Shown here piece after piece: positions 1 to 17,490 of a DNA stretch of 64,000 nt; the first letter of the stretch is position 1; each line of letters opens with the position of its first letter. Origin of the DNA: the human T2T-CHM13v2.0 reference genome, Homo sapiens. The stretch is from NCBI RefSeq assembly GCF_009914755.1, contig NC_060933.1. The stretch is one strand, 5' to 3'. The notes beneath the pieces are model-generated. The model saw nothing but the letters and a program-made list of their open reading frames with translations, searched no databases and was not told the DNA's origin. The position numbers and the translations under genes are program-made.

Positions 1-12
1 GAGACTCCGTCT

Positions 13-44
<32 letters not shown>
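1..44 (+). mobile_element. 3' end of an Alu (likely young, AluY/S) with a pure 31-nt poly(A) tail; cut by the window edge
   Basis: GAGACTCCGTCTC (Alu terminus, CpG intact) followed by uninterrupted A at 14-44. Confidence 0.9.
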
Positions 45-48
<4 letters not shown>

Positions 49-674
49 GGCTAAGAGTAATATTTATGAAAAACTGGCTTCCAGTCTTAACATTCTAATG
101 TCTACCTCTATATTAAGCCAAATCATCCAAAGATGTACATCAAATGTCCATCCTTCCTTTTATACCTCTCTCCTTTGGCTGACCTTTCCTTCCATGTATT
201 TTACAGAGACCATGAATTGATTATTCATCCATTTTCATGCTGGTGGCTAAAAAACTTAAAGTGAAACTTGTGGTGTACCCTTAACAAGTATATAGCACAG
301 CAGCATACGTTTGCTGTCTTTGACATAACACTGGTACCATTTCATAGCTTTACCATTTTTTCTCTTTCTCTTTTTTCTGTTTATAATTTATTTTTCTTAC
401 TATGTCTTACTTAAACCTTTGTCTCCTTAAATAAATTTTGGAATAAGATAGGGAAAATATAATAAATAGCTGATCTTCCTGCCTTTGAAATTCCTCCCTA
501 ATATTCACCCTCTCCGTAGATGTTGAGTGAAATTTCTAATACACATGTGTTATCATGGCACTGCCCTCCTTAAAACTCTTTGAAGGGCCTCCATCATACA
601 TGGTACTGATTCAAAATTCATTGGCCCGGGGCCTCCAATGTCTCTTTCTCCAAATCTTCTATCTTATTTTGGAG

Positions 675-890
675 ACAGTGCAGCATAGGAGTTAAAGAGT
701 TCAAATTCTGGCTTCACCAAGTACCATATACTGGCCGCCTGACAAATATTTAACTCTTCTGGGCCTCAGTTTCCTCATCTGTGAAAAGGCAGTAACAGTA
801 ACTACTATGCAGGTTATTGAGAAGATAGAGTTTTTATACACAAAACATTAAGAACAGTTTCTGAGAACCTTCAAAAGTAGCTATTGTTAT
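675..890 (+). mobile_element. MIR SINE
   Basis: MIR core TTAACTCTTCTGGGCCTCAGTTTCCTCATCTGTGAAAAGG; boundaries approximate. Confidence 0.8.
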
Positions 891-1224
891 TAATCTTTAC
901 TCCCTTCTTTATTAATCGTGATCTGTTCATAACAAACTACTTAGAGTGACCTGTAGCTCCCGCTATATTAAATGATTCCTAAAACACTGCATGTTATGCT
1001 CCCAGCCTTGTTTAGTTTTTACAGCAGGTGAATTCTTCTTTCACCAGACCCAGACCAAGTATCTAAAATCTACAAATAAGTAAATAAATTATTCCTAATC
1101 CCTTCATCCCACCCAACCTTCCTGGCCTGGAAAGTTTAACAGAACAGCTGTTTCTCTTACTATACTTTACTTTGTGGAGTCTTGTATTAGAGCATTTAGC
1201 TCACTTCATTTCAAATATGCAATT

Positions 1225-1370
1225 ATCTATTGACCTTTCTTACTGAATTGGGAGTTCTTGGAGGCCCAAGATTATAACCTAACTACAATTATATTTCCAG
1301 CAGCGTAAACTATCAATAAATATTTGATAAGCTATGAATAAATGAATGGGCAACTAAATGAATGAATGAT
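1225..1370 (+). mobile_element. L2 LINE 3' end remnant
   Basis: TCAATAAATATTTG followed by (TGAA)n-like tail GAATAAATGAATG..AATGAATGAATG. Confidence 0.55.
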
Positions 1371-2449
1371 GGTACCATATTATGAATAAATAATGTAAAC
1401 CAAAGAAGGAATTTAAGAACAGAAGTAATAAAAAGAATTAATGATTAATGGTCTGGGGGATCACAAAGCCGATGTTTTAGCAAGGCTCACAAAAATACAC
1501 TGAGATTTACGAAGATCAAATGGATAGCAATACACATTTTATTTAGAAGGAAATGCCATTATAAGTGAAGTGTCCATCTTGGCTAAGTGTCTGCCTCTAA
1601 GTAAACTGAATTTGCATCTCTATAGATTATACACATTAAATGAGATCTGCATATATGAATAATGTTAGTCCCTTGAAAACTACTCAAAACTGCTCAACAA
1701 GTTAGGAAATGTTCCTATGGGAACATTTTATGGTTAACTATATAAAATGAACTCTTCTTCACATAATGTTTATATTATTGCAGTTCTCAGTGTAATATGG
1801 ACACCCTGGATTTATATTGATGCATATACACCCTTGCCCTTATGTCTCAGGGCCAATACTCAGCATTTTCAAGAAAGCAACTGGAGGCTACAAATGTTAC
1901 CTGTGGCCCATGACTCATTAAGAGTATTGTTCCATTCAAGAATGAACATGTGACATCTTTAGAACCACAGTCTAACCTATGTATTTTCATAAAATTTCTC
2001 TCAACGGATCTATTAAAAATCTATGAATAAAATAAAACCTTACTAACCCAATTAAAAAAATCAGAAATCACCTAAAAGAACATACTTGAAAGAAAAAGAG
2101 AGAGAGAGAAAGAAAGATTGGATTAGAAGGTCATGTTTATTTTATTGACTGGATCAAATTAAGTGCCTGCCTAAGTTATTAGATTTCAAAGAAATTTGTT
2201 ATTTTTGAAGAAATTAGTTATATAAAATTAAGTCCAAATTATTTAAAAGATTATTGATTATCATGATATGAAAAAAATTAATCAGAATTTCATTATATAC
2301 TTGTTTCCTTCTTTGGTTTTTTTAGATTAAAGCATGCAAGTTTTCTGGGAAACAGTAAAATACTTTTTTATAGCCAAAATATTTTAAAAACTCACTATTT
2401 CACTATTAAGAAAGTTCCAAAAATGCATCTTCTCATCCTACATCATATT

Positions 2450-2905
2450 CTAAATAAATTCAAAATATAACATAGAAAATAAGTATGAATAAATCATAAG
2501 CATCCAGCTCAATAAATTTTCATAAATTATACATATATCCACTGGGGTATGTGTATGTTTAAATTGCCAAACACTTTTCCAAAGTGATTGTATCCATTTA
2601 CACTCACATCAGGAGTATATGAGAGGGCCAGTTGCTTCAAATTCTCACCATTTTATGTCAGCTTTAAAATTTTGTCTACTGTGGTATGTGTGTAATGATA
2701 TATTATTATGGCTTTACTTTTCATTCCCCTAATAACTAGTGAGATTGCGGACTTTTTTCTCATATTTATTACCATGTGGATACTCCCCTTAGTGAACAAC
2801 CTATTGAAGTTTTGTCCATTTTTAAATTGAGGTTTCTGCCTTTTTCTTATTGATTCATAGGAGTTCTTTACATATTCCAGATAAAATAACTTTACTGGAG
2901 ATATA
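2450..2905 (-). mobile_element. Ancient L1M (L1MC/ME-type) ORF2 3' region fragment
   Basis: AAATTGCCAAACACTTTTCCAAAGTGATTGTATCCATTTACACTCACATCAG resembles antisense L1 3' ORF2. Confidence 0.7.
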
Positions 2906-2916
2906 CCGTAACACTT

Positions 2917-3393
2917 TGTGTATCACATGCCATCAGTCCTCCACACTATGCCCAGCAATTACTTGCAGCTTGGTGGATGCTTCCCATTCGTGCCAATGAC
3001 ATTTTAGCATATGTTTCTGTGCCTCTTTGCATGGAAGCTTCTGGTTCAGAAATAGGCTCAGCCCATAGTCAAGGCAGGCTAGAAGCACCAGGGAGTGAAT
3101 GTCCTCAGGAAAAATTTTCCATAAATGTGGAGCAGGAGATGGTCGGTAAATAATCTGGTTTTCTCAGTTCTCAGTAAAACAATTCTGAGGCCTGTCCAAT
3201 ACAATTTCTCAGGGGATCTTTGGAACTGAGCCACAGTTACCCCATGAACTTTATTGGGTTTCCTTCATTTTCTGTCTCATTTCCCTACTTCCTTGTTGTA
3301 GTTTTTGCTTTTATGTAAGATCATTTCCCAAATAAGCTACTTTTACCCAATCTTTATCTCATGGTCGGCATTTGAAGAAACTCAAACTTATGA
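2917..3393 (+). mobile_element. ERVL solo LTR, LTR16-like
   Basis: 3' end CCCAAATAAGCTACTTTTACCCAATCTTTATCTCATGGTCGGCATTTGAAGAAACTCAAACTTA resembles the LTR16 U5 end; ~480 bp. Confidence 0.6.
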
Positions 3394-4431
3394 GTTCTCA
3401 ATATTTTCATGGAGTCATTTGGTGAGTGAAAGTTTTTAATACACATTTCTATGCAGTTTAACTGTTGGAAAATTTTTAATAGAAACTCTAGTTACCAGTT
3501 TTCTAGCTAAATTTGCTTCACTTCTTGAGTGTTATCAAAACTCCTTTTTTTTCTTCCAAAGAGCCTTTCTCATTGGCATTCTGTGCTCATTCTCTATTCA
3601 TGACCTACCAGCACTTCCCTAAAAAAGAAACTCAACATTTGCCAGCAGAAATGTAGGTTGGCCTAGTTGGAATAGATGGGTTAAATGTGTGTGCCAAACC
3701 AACACAGCTACAGACAGCATAGTGTTCTCTAAGCAAGGTCTTTTATTCTCCCTTCTTTAAAATTCCATCAACAGACTACAAACAGAAATTATCAATCTAT
3801 TCAGTGTCTATTGCACATAAAATCCAGCCAGCAAAAGCACTCTTTCCTGTTAGAGCCCACTCTGTTAAGAGACAACTTATTGTCATGTAAAGACTCAGTA
3901 GCACTGATGCACATAATGTCTGAGAGTAAAATCAAAAGTTACAGAATGTTTATTGATGCTCAGTGAGTTGTGCTGAGGACCACCAGCTGGACATTGCAAG
4001 TGTTTTCACCAGAATTCACTGAGAACAGTGCTTAAAGACAGAGCACTGTGATTTGATAGTGATTTTTACCAATGACTTGAGAGAATGGAATAACAGGGTT
4101 TTTCTTAGATTTAATTTTTAGAAAATAGAAAATAACCTAGACAAAGGGTATTAAATTCAAGATGAATGTCAAAATTAGAGAAAAGGTCTACAGGCACTAT
4201 TGTGAATTAGGAGGCAACTTGCTTTTTCAATTAATGAATTTGATTTTTTTCATATTTGTATCTTCAGAATTCAGCACAAGTCTGACACATATTGGAACTC
4301 AAAAATATTTTTCAATGAGTTAATCAGTGAAAAAACATATAAACAATGCGGCATATTAAATGTGTTAATTTTATATCTAAAAATATGACCCATATAAATC
4401 AATGTTTCATGAAAGTAAAGTATCCCTTTAA

Positions 4432-4762
<331 letters not shown>

Positions 4763-4959
4763 AATTTAATAACTCTTAATGAATTTTTTCTGGAAAAAGA
4801 CCGTTAGATAAAATATGTATGCTAGTGGACAAGGTTTAGACTCTAACATGAAGAAATCAATAAATGACCTTCTTATACAAAACACTAAGCATAATTTAAA
4901 TTCTATTAAGGACACAATCTTGCATCATCCTATGCTATAGTATTATATCCTCTGCAACT

Positions 4960-5130
4960 ATTCATTCAACATACATTTATTGATTGTGTCCTATATTTAG
5001 GGTAAGGGACTAAGTACTGGCAATAAAGTGCTTTACAAAATACACATCACATGGCTTAGTTGGAGAGATAAACAGTCACATAACTAAAGAAAGAATAACA
5101 TTCCATCATGATGGAAGGAAGTTGGAAAAG
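4960..5130 (-). mobile_element. L2 LINE 3' end remnant
   Basis: TTCATTCAACATACATTTATTGA..CCTAT antisense L2 terminus pattern. Confidence 0.5.
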
Positions 5131-5379
5131 TAGACATGCAGTGAGAGATTAGAACAGCAGATGTGATAGAGTACAATAACAGTACAAAAGCAACTCACAT
5201 TTATTGAATACCCACCATGTGCAAGACACTGTTATCTGTCCTAAATGGGAGACAAAAATAGAAAAGACAAAGATGTTGCCCACAGGTAGGGGGCTACAAT
5301 AATGGGCCATACAGACACATAATGCATTGGAGATGAAGAAGAGGGTCATAGCAAAACACAAATTGACTAAAATTAGTAA

Positions 5380-5580
5380 ATAATTAAGATCACAGACTTT
5401 GAAGACACAATTTCTGGGTTCAAATCTCACTCTACCTCTTTCTGAGTACGACTGGGCACATCACTTAACTTCTCCGTGAATGACAACAGTTATGAGGATT
5501 AAGATAAATAATAAATATAAAGCCCTTGCACAGGGCCTGGTAGATTGTAAGTACTCAATAACGTTAGCTGTCATTAAGAT
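5380..5580 (+). mobile_element. MIR SINE
   Basis: CTGGGTTCAAATCTCACTCTACC..TCACTTAACTTCTC..GAGGATTAA..AAGTACTCAATAA. Confidence 0.75.
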
Positions 5581-8107
5581 TATTCTTATTATGAGTACCA
5601 TGCTACAAATGAAATCCTTGCTGTAAGAATGGGATTTCCACAGCAGACAAGCTTAGTTGTCTACAGCATGATATTAACGAGACCCAGGTCATATATTTGA
5701 AGCCTCAATGAGCTTATGGTATCTCATTCTTTTTCATTATCATAGGCTTTAATTCTTGCTGACTGCCATGTAAATGTATATAATGGTGCACAAAGAGCTC
5801 TATGTGATTAAGGGTAATTAAGATGTGAAAAACAAGTTTGTGTATTACAGAAAAATTCTAGGAATAAGACCTATCAAATGAGACATATACTAGAAATAAT
5901 ATATTTCTGCAAGGAGAATGACAAGGAAGATCTAGGGAGTAAGCATTATGCTTTTCCACCATTAGTAGAATACCTCCACTTGGGTGTCCAAGTTTTGTCT
6001 AAAGAAGGATTAAATAAATTAGATTGAATTTGTAAAGATTCGTAAAAATAAATAAATGAATACAAACAGCAATTGTATACAATGGTGATATTGTCCCATC
6101 AACAATATAATCTAAAAAAAAAATGAGGTTGCATTCCTGATGATGATTGACTAAGCCCCATTAGAATTAGTACCATGTGCCATTGTCAGAGCTTTTAGCT
6201 TGAGGGCAGACTTCAGGCTGTACCATGCAGGGTGGGCAAAGCTTTGAAAGCAAATGTGCAATAATTCTAGTCTGAAGAACAAGAAGACATAATTTAGGGT
6301 AACCACAGCTGCCAGGTAGTGAAGGAATAATCCCAGAAAGAAGAGAGCTAGAGAACGGGAGCCAATTCTGTGGATAAAGTCCATGCAAACACCTTTTGAT
6401 AGGTAACCCATTCATGTATGAGACAAGCATTAAACACTTTAGTTGAAGGGAAATAAACTGAACTGAGATTTAGGCTTCTGACCAAGAGATAGAATTTGGA
6501 GTTTGAATCCAACCAAGTTACTTCCTTGCATTAAATACAAATTCAAAGTCTCCATAATATAAAATTCACAATGTTCAGGATGAAACAACAAAAAAAATTT
6601 GACTTATAAGTAAACAGAAAAATGTAACCCACTCTCAAAGAAAAGACAGCCAGCAGAAAATGCCTCTAAGATGATCCAGATGCAGAAAGAGCAGACAAAA
6701 ATTTTAAAGCAGTTATTTACATATGCCCAAAGACATAAAGGAGGATATAATTGTAATGGATTAAAAGATGGGAATATTAAGGGAAATAGAAACTATCCAA
6801 AGAAGAAAAGGAAATTCTAAGACATAAAAAAGAAAATATCTGAAATAATTTATAGAATTATAGAATGGGCATTTTAATAGAATGAGATGAAAGGAAAACA
6901 GTGAACTTGTAATGGGTCAAAATGATCCAATATAAAAAAATATTTTACAAGTTGTGAAAAAAGTCTCATTGGCTTGTGGGAAAACATAATTTGAGTTTTA
7001 GAAGGAGGAGAGAGAGAGAAGAACACAGCAGAGAAGATATTTAAAGAAATATTGACTGGATGTTTCCCAAATTTGGCCACAGACATAAAATGTTAGATAC
7101 AAGAAGTTCAGCAAATCCTAAGGAAGAAAAATATCAAAAACCATGCCTATTTAATCTTATGAAAAGTACATATAAAAATGAAACCTTGAAAGTAGCCAAA
7201 GAAAAATAACATAACATACGGGGGAACAGCAATTTGAATTACTCTTGTCTGTAACAATGGAGTTTAATAGAGGATGAAAAAACAATCTTTAAGGTCCTGA
7301 AAGGGGAAACAAATAGTTACTGGTATGGTATACCAAAAACTCTATATTCAAAGAAAATATTCTTCAAGAATAAAAGCAAAAGTAAGACATTTTTAAATAA
7401 TGGAAAACAAATAATTTGTTGCTAGCAGACTTGCAATATTTTTAAAAATTGGAAGAATGTTATAAAGGCTGAAGGGAAATTTTACCGATGGAAACTTGAA
7501 GCATCCAGAAAAAATTTTTAAAAATCAGGAATGGTAAATATATGTATAATATTACATTTCTCTTAATTTCTGTATACATTATAGTTTAAAACAAAACATA
7601 CATTATAATTTAAAACAATAATTATAACATTATCTTCTGAGGATTATAATATATGCAGATGTTATAGATATACAAAATAAAACATAAACAATAGGAAAGT
7701 AGTAGAACTATATAGGTGCAAATTTTCTGCATTTTACATAAAGTGGTACAATAGCAACTAAGTAGGCTGTGAAAAATTAAGATGTATGTTATAATCCCTT
7801 AATCAATCCCTAAAGGAGGCATAGCTATAAAGTTAATGAATAAGTTTAACTGGATTTCTTTAAAATAATCAAATAATCCAAAAGAAGGCAAGAAAGAAGG
7901 AAAAGAGAAACAAACTATGGAGGGGACAAGCAAATATTAAATGACAGACCTAAATCCAACCATATAAATAATTATATTATATCATATTATCGGACTAAAC
8001 ACTTTAATTAAAAGGCAGAGATTATCAGGACTCAAAAAGAAAACCCAATTATATGCTGTCTATAGTAACTTAAATACAAAGATACAGATATGTTGAAATA
8101 AATACAA

Positions 8108-8108
<1 letters not shown>

Positions 8109-8149
<41 letters not shown>

Positions 8150-8195
8150 GTATATATATATATACATATATATATATGTATATATATATATATAT
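8109..8195. repeat. (CA)n/(TA)n compound microsatellite
   Basis: CACACACA run followed by interrupted TATATA run. Confidence 0.95.
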
Positions 8196-9365
8196 GCAAT
8201 TAGTAAGCCCAAAAAGTTTGGAGTGGTTATGTGTATAATAGTTAAAATATATTTCATGAAAAACAGACTACCAGAAAAAAAATCATTTCATAATGATAAT
8301 AGGGTCAATTCACCAGGTATTGTTTCATAATCATAATCATATTGTTTCATAATCATAAAGGTATATGTTTCTAGTAACAAAGTTTCAAAATACATGAAGC
8401 AAAAATTGACAGAAATAAGGCCAACAAAAAGTAAAAACATAGATAATGTGAACAATGCTATCAGCTACCCTGATGTAATTAATATTTGCAGAATACTCTC
8501 CCCAAAGCTGTTGAATACATATTCTTTTCAAGCATACAATGTGCAGACACCAAGATAGACCATGTTGTAAGCCATAAATGAAGTCTCAAAAATTCTAAAA
8601 GGTGTAAAATCATATTGAGTGTGTTCTCTGACAACATAGAATTAAAGTAAGAATCAATACCAAGAATATATCTATTTTTAAATACTCTAAATTCACCATT
8701 TAGATGAAATGGACAAGCTTCCTGAAAAATATAGCTTACTGAGCCGACACAAAAGGAAACAAATAATCTGAATAGCCCTATATAATAAAGAACTTTTATT
8801 TGTTATCAAAAACCTGTCCACAAAGAATATTTTACCCTCACAGACTCAGATGGTTTTGTTGGTGAATTCAATGCCAAACATTTAAAGAAAAAATAACACC
8901 AATCGCATATAAATTCTTTCGGAATATAGAGAAGGATCAACTTCCCAAGTCATTTTTGAGTTTCCCTAGAAAAACTGTAATACCATAATCTACTCTGTAA
9001 CAAAAATTAAAAATTACAGACAAATTTCCCTCATGAACACAGACATAAAATTTCTTAGCAAAATAAAGCAAATTGAATACAGTAGTACACTAAAAAGGAC
9101 AACACATCATGATCAATTAGGGTTTTTCAGGAATTTAAGATTGTTTTAACATTCAAAAATCAATCACTGTAATTCAGCACATGAACACTCTAAAGAATGA
9201 TCATGTCAACAGACAAAAAATGACATAATTTGACAATCACTGAAAGTAACAACTCTCAGAAAACTAGGAATAGAGAGAATTTTCTCAGTCTGATAAAAGG
9301 CATCTACAAAAAAACCAGCAAGAAACATCATACTTAATAGTTTGAAAATGTTAATAGGCAAGTCA

Positions 9366-9856
<491 letters not shown>

Positions 9857-9859
9857 CAC

Positions 9860-10189
<330 letters not shown>

Positions 10190-11103
10190 TCAACATTATT
10201 ACTCATGACTCAGGAAAATTAAATTAAATTAAAATTACCAAGAAATACTATTAAATACCTGCCAGAATACTGAAATTAGAAAGAATGAGAACACTAATGG
10301 TGAGAATGTGAATCATCCAAAACTTTTATGCATTGTCAGTAAGAGTGTAAAATGATATAATCACAAGAAAAGGTCTAGCAGTTTCTTACAAAACTCAATA
10401 TCCCCCCACTCTGTGACCCAATATTTTCAATCCTAGGTATTTTCCTCAGACAAATAAAAATATATGTCAAAAAAGGTCTTGCACAGGAATATTTATAGGA
10501 GATTTATTCAGAATTCCCAGAAACTAGACAGAGCCCAGGTGTCCACTGATAAAAATATATTTAAAAACTGCAGTATATTAGTACAATGGCATAAAACCCA
10601 GCAATAAAAACTGAACAAACTACTGGTTCTCAATATAGCACAGATGAATCTAAAAAATATTATGTTCTGTAAAAGAAGCATTATACAAGGGAATTCCCTG
10701 ACCCCTTGCACTTCCCTGGTGAGGCGATGCCTCGCCCTGCTTCACTCCAGACAGACTGCCTCCTCAAGTGGGTCCCTGACCACCGAGTAGCCTAACTGGG
10801 AGGCACCCCCCAGTAGTGGCAGACTGACACCTCACACGGCTGGGTACTCCTCTGAGATGAAGCTTCCAGAGGAACAATCAGGTAGCAACATTTTCTGTTC
10901 AGCAATATTCGCTGTTCTGCAGCCTCCACTGCTGATACCCAGGCAAACAGGGTCTGGAATGGACCTCCAGCAAACTCCAACAGACCTGCAGCTGAGGGTC
11001 CTGACTGTTAGAAGGAAAACTAACAAACAGAAAGGACATCCACACCAAAACCCCATCTGTACGTCACCATCATCAAAGACCAAGGGTAGACAAAACCAAA
11101 AAG

Positions 11104-12120
11104 ACGGGGAAAAAAACAGAGCAGAAAAGCTGAAAATTCTAAAAATCAGAGCACCTCTCCCCCTCCAAAGGAACGCAGCTCCTCGTCAGCAATGGAACAA
11201 AGCTGGATGGAGAATGACTTTGACAAGTTGAGAGAAGAAGGCTTCAGATGATCAAACTTCTCCGAGCTAAAGGAGGAAGTTCAAGCCCATTTCAAAGAAG
11301 CTAAAAACCTTGAAAAAAGATTAGATGAAAGGCTAACTAGAATAACCAGTGAGAGAAGTCCTTAAAGGACCTGATGGAGCTGAAAACCATGGCACAAGAA
11401 CTACATGATGAATGCACAAGCTTCAGTAGCCGATTCGATCAACTGGAAGAAAGGGTATCAGTGACTGAAAATCAAATGAATGAAATGAGGTGAGAAGAAA
11501 AGTTTAGAGAAAAAAGAGTAAAAAGAAACAAACAAAGTCTCCAAGAAATATGGCACTATGTGAAAAGACCAAATGTACGTCTGATTGGTGTACCTGAAAG
11601 TGATGGGGAGAATGGAACCAAGTTGGAAAACACTCTGCGGGATATTATCCAGGAGAACTTCCCCAACCTACCAAGTCAGGCCAACATTCACATTCAGGAA
11701 ATACAGAGAACGCCACAAAGATACTCCTCGAGAAGAGCAACTCCAAGACACATAATTGCCAGATTCACCAAAGTTGCATTGAAGGAAAAAATGTTAAGGG
11801 CAGCCAGAGAGAAAGGTCGGGTTACCCACAAAGGGAAGCCCATCCGACTAACAGCAGATCTGTCAGCAGAAACTCTACAAGCCAGAAGAGAGTGGGGGCC
11901 AATATTCAATATTCTTAAAGAAAAGAATTTTCAACCCAGAATTTCATATCCAGCCAAACTAAGCTTCATAAGTGAAAGATAAATAAAATCCTTTATAGAC
12001 AAGCAAATGCTGAGAGATTTTGTCACCACCAGACCTGCCCTAAAAGAGCTCCTGAAGGAAGCACTAAACATGGAAAGGAACAACTGGTACCAGCTACTGT
12101 AAAAACACGCCAAAACGTAA
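11104..12120 (+). pseudogene. L1 ORF1p remnant (start codon ATG>ACG, stops and frameshifts)
   Basis: Track ORF 11560-11982 gives RRM/CTD-type peptides (RLIGVPE, RYSSRRATPRHII, ARREWGPIF); AAGACGGGGAAAA at the expected start. Confidence 0.9.
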
Positions 12121-12183
12121 AGACCATCGATGCTAGGAAGAAACTGCATCAACTAACGAGCAAAATAACCAGCTAACATCATA

Positions 12184-16908
<4,725 letters not shown>

Positions 16909-17174
16909 ACAATGAGAACACTTGGACACACTAAGGGGAACATCACATACCAGGGCCTGTTGTGGGGTGGGGTGAGCGGGGAGGGATAGCATTAGGAGAT
17001 ATACCTAATGTAAATGACGAGTTAATGGGTGCAGCACACCAACATGGCACATGTATACATATGTAACAAACCTGCACATTGTGCACATGTACCCTAGAAC
17101 TTAAAATATGAAAACATATATATACAAAAATACACTTTAAGATGATAAGAAAAACAAAAAGAGGCATTATACAA

Positions 17175-17490
17175 AAGGGTACATAGTGTATGATTTCACA
17201 TAGAAGACAGGCAAAACTAATTTAAGACAAAGATACTGGAATAGTGGTTGCCTCTGGGGCAATGTGTAGGTCCAGGACAGAGAAGGTTTCTAGGCAACGG
17301 TAATGTTCTCCTGCATGATAGGGTCTGGGGTGACATGGGTGGAAGCATGTGTACAACTCATCAAATGGTACTTGTAAGATTTATACATTTCTTTTCATGT
17401 CTTCAAAAGAAAAAAGTAAACAAATATTGAACTTTATGGTATACATGTTGAAGTGTCTAGGGAGAAATGTATTGATGCTTACAACTTACT
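17175..17490 (+). mobile_element. 3' continuation of the ancient L1M host
   Basis: AAAGGGTACATAGTGTATGATTTC..AGACAGGCAAAACTAA..ATAGTGGTTGCCTCTGGGG, an L1MC/ME-type 3'UTR collinear with sequence before 10688. Confidence 0.8.

Noticed and set aside
1707-1728. 9-bp inverted repeat AAATGTTCC-TATG-GGAACATTT
   Set aside because: Short AT-rich palindrome expected occasionally; half-sites are everted relative to a steroid response element
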